Positions 13,436-32,692 of a stretch of DNA of 64,000 nucleotides are shown here, one piece after another. Below the pieces are notes generated by a model. That model saw only the letters and a list, made by a program, of their open reading frames with translations. It was not told the DNA's origin and did no database searches. The translations under genes and the position numbers were made by a program. Each line of letters begins with the position of its first letter. The first letter of the stretch is position 1. The DNA comes from Podarcis liolepis (lineage: Eukaryota): assembly GCA_965112155.1 (NCBI GenBank), contig OZ218099.1. One strand, 5' to 3'.

Positions 13436-14072
13436 AGCTTTTGGGTGCAGGCTGCTGCCCGCAAGCCTTGCGAGCCCGCGGGACATCCCGCCGGGCTTGC
13501 AAGACTTGGGATAGCTTCCTGAAGCCTGGAGAGCGAGAGGGGTCGGTGCGCACGGACCCCTCTCGCTCTCCAGGCTTCAGCAAAAGCCTGCATTCGCACC
13601 ATAGGACGCACACACATTTCCCCTTCATTTTTGGAGGGGAAAAAGTGTGTCCTATAGTGCGAAAAATACGGTACATATTTTAAATAAATACCAGACATGG
13701 GCAAATATTTCTGTGGAGGAAGAAATTCTTCAGGAAGAAGAGCAAGATTATTGCTGTAACCTCTGAAATAATGAGAGTCAGAATTAGGGAAATCAATTTC
13801 TGATTGGCTTGAATGTACGTTCTGTTTGGATGTGTCTAAGCCTCCTTCTGAACTGCTGTGCACATGACTAGAAAATCAAGGGCAGAGCCCTGCTAAACTT
13901 GTTTTGCTGGTGATCTCAATTTAGTTAGCACCACAGAAAAGGCAGTTCCTTGTTGGTGTTCAGTTTATGAAAGTTAACAGTAGAAACTCTGACAAATTCT
14001 CTCTTTTGTTCTTCCCACCCCACCCCCCGTCCTGTCCCCCAGTGTTACAAAACGTGGGTTAACCCAAGCAGG

Positions 14073-16465
14073 ATGTCTTTCAAGGAATTTCAGAATGAAC
14101 TCTATGCTCTTGGTAGCAAGCTATGGCTCAAGCTCGAGGGACTATCCAAGGCTGAACCTTTGGAGATTGTGTTCTTTTTCATCATCATCTTGTTCATTGG
14201 TAAGTATGAATCATGCATGCAACTTTCTGGGCTCATCAGATGGGTCTATTTTGTCATTCAGGAGCTATGAATAATGTATTCTTTTTTTGAGCCTTTCTTT
14301 AATCTATATGGTTTCTGACTCCCCAGCAATTGTGATGCTCAGGACAGGCTTGAAGTATACGTTTGTAAGAATTCAGTGCAGATCTACGCTGCTAGGTTTC
14401 ACCATACAATATACATGCTGTTTATATATGTGAATATTTGTGTGGCAGAATCAGGACTGGCAGCCAGCCCCTAGGTTCTATAGCACTTAAAGTTTCAATC
14501 TGAACTTTATCATATGAATGGCATGGGAGTCAACATTTACAGAAATAGTCTGGGTCAAATGGTAGTGTTGCTTTGGGCTACCATACTACAAGATTTGGGA
14601 TGCAGGTGGCGCTGTGGGTTAAACCACAGAGCCTAGGACTTGCAGATCTGAAGGTCGGCGGTTCGAATCCCTGTGACGGAGTGAGCTCCCGTTGCTCAGT
14701 CCCTGCTCCTGCCAACCTAGCAGTTCGAAAGCACGTCAAAGTGTAAGTAGATAAATAGGTACCGCTCCGGCGGGAAGGTAAATGGTGTTTCCGTGCGCTG
14801 CTCTGGTTCGCCAGAAGCGGCTTAGTCATGCTGGCCACATGACCTTGAAGCTGTATGCCGGCTCCCTCGGCCAATAAAGCGAGATGAGCGCCAGAGTCAG
14901 TCACGACTGGACCTAATGGTCAGGGGTCCCTTTATCTTTACCTTTTACTACAAGATTATGCAGGAGGTAGCATGTACAGTTTAGAGCTAACAGCGGAATC
15001 TCCCAGCATAAAGAGAATGAGGGCCAATTCACACATAACTTCTCCTCACTTGCATTCTCAGATGAATGTATGAAGTGTGCATATCCATTGCAAAGCACCA
15101 TATCCAAAGCAGTATGAAAGCTCTGTCTGTGATAGATTTCAAATATGAAAGTCATCAAGTGATTAACATGCATGTGTCCAAAGATACACCAGGTGGCATG
15201 GAGCAGTTCCTGAAACAAGTGACGGGGTAATTAACAACCACAGATACTGAAGAAAGCTGGTAGATATAAAAGCGACTGTATAATGTTTTCTTCTGTTGAA
15301 TTCGAAAGAAGAAAAGCCTGCTTGTGTAGTGCAACAAATCCTCCCCTTGTTGGAATTGGGAAAGAGCCAGATGTGCCTAGCCTTCTTTCAGCTATAACTC
15401 TGGGCTAGCCTGAACTAAAGCTTTTTGACTAAACATGTTGAAGATTATTTCCTTTGCCCTTCACCTGCTGGTACTCCAGTTCTTTACATTAGAAATCAGC
15501 TGTACCTTTAAGAACAGCTACTACCACTCATATTCTGTTTGATTTGCAATGGGGTTTATAATCATTGTGCAACTCATACCATCCTTTGAGAACTGTCAGT
15601 ATTATTTCTGTCTCGTTGAGGTGCTAAACAGTGGCTTGTACAAGGCCTCACAACAAGTTCATGAGAGAGGTGTATGACTTGAATCCAGAGATTCCCAGTT
15701 CCAGCGCTCAGTGCCACTCTAGTGTTGGCATGATGTAAAAGGAACAGGGAACACAACCCCACACTTTGTGCTCTTTCACCATATAGACAAAAGCCATTAG
15801 TAGTAATAGTCATTGTTCAGCAGAGTGGGTTAATGTTCGTAAGTTTGAAAGCCATGCAAAATCCTTCCCCAACCCATTACAAGAATTTCCTTTCCCAGTC
15901 TCCACTACAGCCCAAGTGTTGTTTATGTCCTTTATCCATTCCACTTCCCAGGCCTCAGAGAACCAGCTGCTTCTTCCTTTCACTCCCTCCGCCTGCCTGT
16001 ATTTTCTAGGAACCCATTACCTTGACAGTGATCATGACTGCCTACTCTCCACTCCAAGCCTGGGTGCAGCTGGGAGAGCAGGAAAGCGCAGGCTAATTTT
16101 TTTTGTAGGTGCCAAAAGCAAAACAATTAAAACAACGAGCATAGTTTGGGCATGCTTGTTCTAGAGCTGTTGTTGTTAGCAACTCTTGCGCCCTCTAGTA
16201 ATTCCAGAGGACACAAGACAAATGTAAAAGCCACAACTGTCCCTTTCTGGTGAGCCTATTCATTGTATTAGCAGGTTGGGTTGTTCTAACTCCTGACTAG
16301 CAATTCCAGAAGCTAATATTCTCTCTCTCTCTATCTCTCTGCCTTTCAGTTACGGTACTTTCGATGATGATCATAGCTTGCAGTGTTTGCTGTGCCCGCT
16401 GCTGTAATGGAACACCTGTTCACAAGCCTAGGAGGATTCAAGTTCGGCCGGCAGACTGTGTATGA
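14073..16465 (+). CDS. SMIM5: Small integral membrane protein 5 (80 aa, two coding exons), nested antisense in RECQL5 intron
   Basis: join(14073..14199,16350..16465): MSFKEFQNELYALGSKLWLKLEGLSKAEPLEIVFFFIIILFIVTVLSMMIIACSVCCARCCNGTPVHKPRRIQVRPADCV*. Donor G|GTAAGT, acceptor CTTTCAG|, upstream acceptor at 14041-14042. AEPxEIV-TM-Cys-rich-QVxP pattern and synteny match SMIM5. Confidence 0.92.
14597..14945 (+). mobile_element. Sauria SINE in SMIM5 intron
   Basis: Pol III A/B boxes (TGGCGCTGTGGG, GGTTCGAATCC), core GCCAACCTAGCAGTTCGAAAGC, ACCTTT-like tail, TSD TACTACAAGATT (14584-14595, 14946-14957). Confidence 0.9.
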
Positions 16466-16788
16466 GAATGCATTAAGAAAAGGGTGTGGAGGTACTGAGG
16501 AATGTGTGCAGACTGCTACCAGCTGGCACCACAATACTCTTCTACAAGATAGTAGATGAGAGCACTAAGGAAGAGCAGCGAGAAAGAGACCTCGCCCTGC
16601 CTAGGGTTTTATGCCATGGTCACTGTAGGGCACTGATGAAGTGATGGAGTTCAGTATTTCTCTCCCTGCCCCTTTGCAGACAGTTTACTATCACGACGAA
16701 GACAACTCCATCATGGCTGAGTCAGTTAATCCATAAAAGTGTGCAAAAATGCCACAAGCAAGCTAGCCAGGATTAAGACTGTTTAGAC

Positions 16789-17115
16789 CAGTGTTTCCCA
16801 ACCACTGTTCCGCGGCACACTAGTGTGCCGCGAGATGTTGCCTGGTGTGCCGTGGGAAAAATTGAAAAATTCGAAAGATTTAAAAATAAAGTATTTTATA
16901 ATTTTTCACATTTCTGTTTACTTACTATTTCATAATAAAGTAATTATAAAATACTTTCTTTGTGTTTATTTGATTCCTATTCAAGAGAATTACTTTATAT
17001 ATAGTGAATACAGGCACAGAGTTAAATTTTTTAACATTTTCTAATGGTGGTGTGCCTCGTGATTTTTTTTCATGAAACAAGTGTGCCTTTGCCCAAAAAA
17101 GGTTGAAAAACACTG
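16789..17115. mobile_element. hAT MITE with AT-rich interior
   Basis: CAGTGTTTCCCAACC...GGTTGAAAAACACTG; TSD GTTTAGAC. Confidence 0.9.
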
Positions 17116-17288
17116 GTTTAGACTTCTCCACCTGGTGGAATTCCAGGAAGATGTTGAATACAAGCAGTTTCCACTGAACTTCGAGCCACGTGCAATGGCT
17201 CAGCAGAACAAAAGACAACATAAGCAGTGTTTCCCCCTCGATGTCCAACTGTCTGCAGCCAACAACACAAGCACAACAATACAAACAA

Positions 17289-17659
17289 TTTCATCCTTTC
17301 ACAGAAGATGGCTCATTGTCTGTTTGCTCTCTTTGGCAGTTTTCTTTCCTTAATGGAGGCAGTGAGGGATGGGGGGGGGGAGTTATTACTGATGCTCTTC
17401 TTCACTGTCTCTGAATCTTTTAAAAACCAATCACAACACACAGGGGTTAGTTTTTGGTTTATTGTTGTGTCAAGAATACAAGAGCATGTGATGTCTGATC
17501 AAGGTGATAGAACATTGCAGTTGGCATATGATTTCAGAGACTGTGAAGAACACCATCAGTAACAACTCTCCCCCCCCATCCCTCACTGCCTCCATTAAGG
17601 AAGGAAAACTGCCAAAGAGAGCAAACACACAACGAGCCGTCTTCTGTGAAAGGATGAAA
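17289..17659. repeat. Inverted repeat, ~130-bp arms with ~112-bp spacer
   Basis: 17289-17417 is the reverse complement of 17530-17659 with scattered mismatches. Confidence 0.92.
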
Positions 17660-20600
17660 ACAAAAGGATGCCGAGCCACCAAAACACTATGTCGTTTTGC
17701 TTGCCTGCCTTAAAGTGAATATTTTCCTCTTTCAAAATATATATTACATATTTGAGTGTTTTCTTTCTCATTCAAAAAGCCTGCCTTGTTTCCATGTTAC
17801 AAGGCAGTTCTTTAGTACGGTGAAAGGGGAACAACATTGTTTATATGCTTGGGGTTTGTAGTTAAATGCATTCTTTTAAATATATGTGATATGAATAGTT
17901 TATATTTGTGGCATTAATACATCTTATTTAAGGCAGTTTACTGGGAGAGTTTACAAAAAGAGGGACATTTTAGAGTGTTACCTTAGAGTTATTTGTGAAA
18001 AGAACATAATAAAAAAGGTTAAATTCTTCGATCCATTTATTGGTTTCTATAGTTTAAAGTGTGCTTGTACACAGAGCTAATAAGATACAGCGAGGGCTGG
18101 TTTATTTCAGGAAATGTGTGTAGCAGCTGGGCGAGCTAAAGCACAGCCAAGAATGAGCTGCCCAGCTACAGTTTGCAACTGAAAGGAAATCCATTTCCAC
18201 AAAGGCAGACCTTGTGGACATTTGGTTTACACTCCAATGAACTTCAAAAGAGTTACATGTGTACAAGGCAAAAGGAATGGAACCAACCACGTGCAAAAGG
18301 GGGAGGATTATTGCCACAATGCAATGAACTGCACAGGTGTCATTCCTAGAAGATATGTCATCTATAGCAAAGCCCCTACATTTAGGAGATGCACTTATTC
18401 AAAAGATCAGATTAGCCCAAGTCATCAAGACCATGACCATGCACCACCAGAAGTGAACAAAGAATTATGTGAAGGATCTGACAGAATTCTGCAAGTCTTA
18501 CGGTGTACTCTTATTCACAACTACTTGTTAAGTTCAACTGGAGTTACCCACAGCATGAGATCCCAGCCTAAATAATGAACTTTAATGCATACCTTCATTT
18601 CTGAAAGGGTAAACATTTAATCATTACAAACCTGCAGAAGGCAATTAATTCCCTATGTTGCTCCTGCCAGTCTTTTGTGACAGATCTACCTGCTTCCACA
18701 CAATTGCTGGATCAAGCTCAGTTGTGGGACCTTTGTAACACATAGCAGGTGGGATTCAACATAGCACTAAGTGGAGAATGCGTGCACGAAACAAGTTCCA
18801 CTTGAGGAACAAGACTTTCCTGACTTTCCTCCCTCCACGAGCCCCCAAAAATGTTCTGGGGGTTCCCGCCAGTAAGGATCCTGCCCAGTAAAATTAGTTA
18901 AGTATGGTCAAAGACCAGAAAGAAGAAACAGTTTTAGCCTGCATGTTCTCCCATGTGCCTTCTCCAACTAAGCAAATATTACTGAGCTTTGGAGGTGGCT
19001 CAATCAATAATAGTACAACATGGATAAAATGAAGCCTGATTGTATAATTCAGATAAGCCTCACCCTCTCCTGGCTGTGTTAATAATTTGCTAAAGTACAA
19101 AAGATATTAGACATTACACACTTTCTCTTTGCACAATTAAGGAGGTCTTCCCAGCCGACAGGTTCTAAAAAGGCAACTACATACAGCTTAAGGTGAGCAG
19201 AGTGTTCTTCTCTATTCCTACTTTTCAAAAATTTACTAGAATCATCTGTAGTGATCTGTTCGCTCTGAACAGACTGCCACAATTATTAAGTTATTCTTGT
19301 GCCACAATTACTTCCGTCATTCTATGGGAAATGGTTTAAGGGTCACTAAGGGTCCTCCAGATTACAGATGAAATTTGCACAAAGCCCATTGCTGTTTCTA
19401 CTTTTATTAATCTGGCTGTACACATATATGACCTTGCTAAAGCAAACTGTTTTTATTCCAACAAGGAAGCATTATCCAAATATTTTTGCTGCGGTGCAGA
19501 CAACTGGAGCGTGCCTGAGAGATTCAAACTGAGCATGGCTTTGTGTGGGAGAAATGTTACATTCCCCCTTAATCCCTTGTTTCATGCAGCATGTAGGCAA
19601 AAAGAGAGAAAACAACAAAAACCCAGAAAGCAAGGATACAAATGCAGTGAAATTTAGCTGATGTTTCATTCTTTCTGCTCTCCAATTACTCCAATCTTTC
19701 TGCACAGCAGCAAATGTGAAGCGAGGGAATAATCCACATGCCCTTTTCAATGAGAACAGAACGTAGCAGGGGAATTAAAAGTACAAGCTGCTTCCAAAGA
19801 GATGTCAGGTTGCATTTAGATGTCACAACAATAGGCCTGTAAGCACTCCAATCTGAAAGGTGATTGGAGAGATCAGTCCTCTACAATTCTAAGAGGCTTT
19901 TAAGTGGGTGAGATATTTATTTCAGCCACAGTTGCTCTGGGACTTTCTATTGGAATCTCTAAGAACAAACAAACAAACAAACAAAAACCCGTAACATATG
20001 AAGCATTTGACACTTTGCAGGGTGCAAGTCTTTTTGAATGGATTTGAGTGGAGTGCTGCTTCTATCCTCTATTAATTTCTTTACTTCATTTCAACATTTT
20101 TCTAGTGCCAGCTACATTATAGAGTGGGGAAGCAAGTTCTGCAGATCTGTTTACAGATAACAAGTCTGAACACTCTTAATGTGGAATGCAAGCCTTGAAT
20201 TCACTTCTATTTCTGGTGACTTAAGACTCAAATTTTTGAAAATGTTATTTGAGCAGACGCCTAGATTTCTCGGCATACACATCCGTATTAAAGTAAACCC
20301 CCTCCACTTAAATGGAACGACACTTTAGCTAGAATCATAGAATTGTAGAGCTGGAAGGGAACCTGAGGGTCATCTAGTCCAACCCTATGTCAGGGCCTTT
20401 TCTGTTTCAGCATCTTTTTATGTACAGAATGCAATGGAAGTTGAGGATTTCCAGTAACGGCACCCAGCTGTTAACAGCAGCAGAATCAGCAGGAGTAGCT
20501 GCAAATGCAGCAAGGTGCAGAATGAGCAAACAATTGAAAATAACCTTGCTAACTTCTATATATATTTATGGTGACTAATTCCTGTATCTGTGAATTGATG

Positions 20601-20970
20601 TAAAAGTCAATTATGTTTCTACAACGTAAAGAATGTGTGTTTCTGTATCTCTCAGAAGACAATAGCAGCAATATACAACAAGTTGAAACTTGAATCTCTC
20701 CGTGCCAGGCAAAAGTATTTTTCTTTTCCTAGACACCTTAACCTCTGGTAAGCATATTCAAATACAGGGGAGCCCTTAATAAAACCCACCAACCCTGACT
20801 CATGGAAATTTGGCCAAACAAGGCCCCTGAAGCCTTCTAAAAGAGTAGCTAAGGGGACCAGGCACCTCTGCTCCCAATAGAAGCTGACACTGTCCTAGCG
20901 ATGCTGCTCCTATTCCAGTGGTCTATGTATTAAATGCCATATTGTTTTAATTCTACAGGGCCTGGCAACA

Positions 20971-21162
20971 ATGTCCACTTCAATACAAACTGCTTCTCAA
21001 GACATTCTAAAACATCTGAAAATTCGGATTCTGTCAGATGACTGGGCTCTTGGGGGACTGGTAGTAATAGCTTCATTCGTCATGGTTATCATTGCACTCC
21101 TGTTGCTTGCTGCCATCTTTGGCTGCTGCTCAACTCCAAGGAATAAATCTGGCCCCATATAA
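20971..21162 (+). CDS. SMIM6: Small integral membrane protein 6-like (endoregulin position), 63 aa, single coding exon
   Basis: MSTSIQTASQDILKHLKIRILSDDWALGGLVVIASFVMVIIALLLLAAIFGCCSTPRNKSGPI; acceptor TTCTACAG at 20958, Kozak-like ACAATGT; W..GGL.VI..F...A..FG TM signature; syntenic position between SMIM5 and the RECQL5 exons. Confidence 0.8.
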   Translation: MSTSIQTASQDILKHLKIRILSDDWALGGLVVIASFVMVIIALLLLAAIFGCCSTPRNKSGPI

Positions 21163-21836
21163 AACAGCAAGAGCAGCCTTGTCTGTGGAATCTGAAGAAT
21201 GCTGAAGTGGGACCAAGAAGGGGGAAGTATTGTTGCTTCTTGACACCCCTGTTTCACATGTACAAGTGAACATACTACAGAGGAAATTTGGCACTGTTCA
21301 AAGGTACACAACCAGCTTCCACACGAGGCCTGACACCAAATGAAATCAGCATTAAAGAAGCATGTGCCTGAGCAGGTCTGATTTACAACTAACTACTTCT
21401 AGCAAAGGAAGTGACAAAAAATTGTTTAAGAAATAGCTGACATGTAAGAATTTGAAAATTCAAAGAATGTTCAGTTTTCCTTGAAATTGTACATTTGTCT
21501 TTCTTCTTTTGCAACCAGTATAAGTATAGATAACCTAATCAATAGTGAAACTAAATGAGACTAAACGAGCTGTATTTTTAAAATGCATCCACATGAATCC
21601 CTTCCCCCAATTCTTATTTTATTTCCATAAAAATAAATATGGAAATGCCCATTTCATTAAAATCTTCAATATAATTGATGATCCTCTTTTAGAGATATTT
21701 CAGGCTGCTTCAAAAGGGTTGAAAAATCACTTTGCTTCTTAGTAATTCTTGAATAGAAAGGATGACCAGTATAGAACACATTGCTCTCTCTAAATGAGAT
21801 TCTTCTGTCCCTAGAGAGTTTAGCACATAGCCCACC

Positions 21837-21972
21837 CAGGCATAGGCAAACTCGGTCGTCCAGATGTTTTGGGACTACAACTCCCATCATCCCTAGCTAA
21901 CAGGACCAGTGGTCAGGGATGATGGGAATTGTAGTCCCAAAATATCTGGAGGGCTGAATTTGCCTATGCCTG
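21837..21972. mobile_element. Hairpin hAT MITE (ACTACAACTCCCATCATCC family)
   Basis: Whole element is a near-palindrome, CAGGCATAGGCAAA...TTTGCCTATGCCTG. Degenerate relatives near 9282-9388, 26830-26950, 31370-31458, 52140-52260. Confidence 0.82.
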
Positions 21973-22246
21973 ACCTAACCAAATCTGATTGGCTACTTAG
22001 CATTGTAATATCAGCACATGAACCCTAAACAGCTAGAATATCTCAAGGTTTGGAGGAGCGACCTTGAAGCAACAGTAGAAAGGGAAAACAGTAGCTATAA
22101 TCATCCTGCACTCTCATATGAATTCAGGCAGCCAACACCAAAAACTATAAGAACTGAACTCAAGGATTATATTATAAACTACTTGTCTTAAATAGTTTAG
22201 GGATATTTTGTTTCAACCAAAACACAATTATTTCAAAATTTTAGAC

Positions 22247-22463
22247 CAGGGACGTCCAAATTCTCATATCATACTCTGCCATGGAACACATGGGCCGCCC
22301 CCTGCCTTGTTGCACGGGGTGGAGTGGGGTGGGGTGGGAGTGAGGCCAAATTTTGACACCCCGCCAACCCTCACGCTGTCTTCCCAAAGCCCAGCACCTC
22401 ACTTACCCAGCTTGAGGGGGGCATCAAATGTTCTTGAGTGCCGCCGGGTGCTTCAACACCCTG
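22247..22463. mobile_element. hAT MITE
   Basis: CAGGG...CCCTG ends; TSD TTTTAGAC. Confidence 0.75.
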
Positions 22464-23026
22464 TTTTAGACCATGCATATGTCAAAAAAGGTAACCTTAC
22501 TTTAGAATGCCTGACCAATTTGTCTTCAAAATTACTGAATACATATTCTATGCTGGAATAGCTCTGTTGGTAGAGCATCAGACTCTTAATCTCTGAGCTA
22601 TGGGTTTGAACCCCGCTAAATTCACGTTACGAGATTCAGACTATGGAACCAAGAGATTACAGTTATACAGGATAAGAAAATCAAAATAAGGAACTATGGC
22701 CTTCTACCTGTCCCCTTATTCTATTTTAATAGCAAGTTAACGCAATAGCAGTCTGCATCATAAGAAAGCTGTCAAGCATTTTTATTTGCTCCTACCGTAT
22801 GACCATACCTGTAGTAGGGTATCTGCGTTAGATTAAGGGCATATCTACATTTGCCTACTTAGCTAAATATATATCACTCTTTTCTCTCCAAAAATAAGCC
22901 AGCGACAGCTTCAGCATAGCATTTTGTTTCAAGTACAGAGTTCTCAATTTAGTACAGGTTGAAATTTGTGTAGTGGTTACTTGTCTGTAATTAGGGACCC
23001 CTGCTGGACATGTGCATATTGAGCTG

Positions 23027-23456
23027 TGTCGGGTCGGCCACGGGCATGGACGACCCCCAGGCAAATGACAGGAACGTTTCCAGCCTGTCCCTCCCACCAG
23101 CATGCAGCTCTAGGGAGTTCTGACAGCCTTCCCCGACAATTTAGAGTGACTCATGCCTTGGAGACACTGAGCACACATCCAGAGTCCAGCAGAGATCAAA
23201 CACAGTCAGAGCTAGGCTGGGGTTGTAAGCACTAAGCTACTTTATTAAGCATAAGACAGAACAAAAGAAAACATGTCTCCTCTCTCTGGTCTTCCTCAGA
23301 GAGAGGTCAGAAGTGAAAGCAAAAACAAATGGAAGCAGAGTACAGTTAACATCCGCTCCCATGATTCCAACAGTTGGTGCTGGAATGCATAACACAGACA
23401 TGTGATGAACCAATCCTACACAATATCTGCACAGTGAGAGGAATAGAAACCCAACA
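23027..23456 (-). mobile_element. Solo LTR
   Basis: Termini TGTCGGGT...ACCCAACA, 5-bp TSD AGCTG/GGCTG, minus-strand AATAAA at 23241-23246. Confidence 0.65.
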
Positions 23457-24113
23457 GGCTGCAGTCAACTAAATAGTTTTGCTAGCAGGAACCAATGCAG
23501 TGAGACTCCCCGCCCTCCCCATATCTCTTTGGGAGGTTGGGAGAAACCCCAGAAGAGTGCACAGGGATGGGAGAGAGGAAATTGTTCCGTTTGGCAAGCA
23601 GGAAAGCTTGCACTCATGGAACGACCATAATAGTACTGCAATGAATTCCATCCAAAATAGCCAACTCTCTAAAGGGCTGACCATTCCAAACTTCTATGCA
23701 AAGTTTCACAACCAATGGACCACCATACATCACAGGAGGCAGCTTCATGACTAAACAATATTCAATTAAAATTATTTCTACATCAAGCCATTAGGTTTCA
23801 TATTGCCTTTCTTTTCAAAGAAGTTAAAGCTAGTAAGAGGTTCCAAAAATACAGTAATATGTAGAATAGATTTCCTACCAGAAATCTGGTAAACATTCCT
23901 ACCAGAAATTTCCTACCAGAAACCTTTAGCAGAAATCTGGTAAACATAATACAACATGGGCCATTTGTGCTACCACATACACATAAACCTCCATTATGAG
24001 ATCAGTCTATCATGCTGCATTTCCACATCATAAAAAGCAAAGCCCTCAAGATTCCAACCACTAGGAAACAAATATATGTTTCTCCAATCCATCAACTATT
24101 AGGATAAACCTAC

Positions 24114-31827
<7,714 letters not shown>

Positions 31828-32692
31828 CTTATAAGGAGATACTGGAGATAATTCAAAATATAGATAAGGAGAGGATCGTTGTGCAATTATGATTGTCTGC
31901 TACAATCCATCATTTAGCCACAAGGGGCTTCTCAGGGCAGGCAGAGTGGAACAGCCCCATTTAGATAAACCCAAACTTACTTATGTCCACACTTTCCTTT
32001 TGGCACAAACATCTACATTCAGCTATGTTCTCTAATCCAATAAAACAGAAAGAGTTCTCGAAATGCCTGCGCCATCTGAAAAGCCGAAGATGTAGGCGCA
32101 GCAGAAGAGGACGCTACCTGAAAGCAAAAATACCTCTCATATCAGAACACACTGCTTCTGATTAGCTGCTGCGAGTCACTTTTGGGCTGGTTTTCTTCAC
32201 TCCTACTAATCCTACAGCTGCTTTTAACGTTATGTTACTTCCTCTGAAGCCTGACCTCAATCCCATTTATACATCCTTTTAACCCAACTCACATGCCAGC
32301 TCTTTCAGGAGAAAGAAACTGAAACAATTCCTAAGCACAAAGGTAAATCAGCTCCCACCCTTACTGTGTAGCCAGAACACTACGATTCTTAACGACCCTC
32401 TTCCTCCTGAATTTTACTAGAGTTGCAAGGCCTTCCCTGACCAGTTTCCGTTTCCTTCTTCCCAAATAATGTCCAGCTGCCCAGAACTACCACAGATAAA
32501 GCGGGAGAGCGAAAGAGCGCGGACTACGTGGAGAGCCTCTCAGCCCGGCTTTCGACTTCGCGCGCAATCCAACACCCTCCGTCTCAGAGAAGGCAGGCCA
32601 CTGGCTCCCAGCTACGCCTCTGTCAGGGCGAGTGTTTTAGTTTTACAACATCGTCCAACGACACTCCTGGGCCCTTCCGAGTCGCCGCTTAC

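Larger units (their letters stand above)
11869..13671. mobile_element. Non-autonomous Tc1/mariner (Tc2-like) DNA transposon carrying GC-rich minisatellites
   Basis: TA|CCGTATTTTTCG ... CGAAAAATACGG|TA termini with TA duplication; no transposase. Confidence 0.85.

Noticed and set aside
22555-22615. tRNA-Lys(CTT) gene
   Set aside because: Acceptor stem missing and T-arm mutated; matches the SINE heads elsewhere in the window
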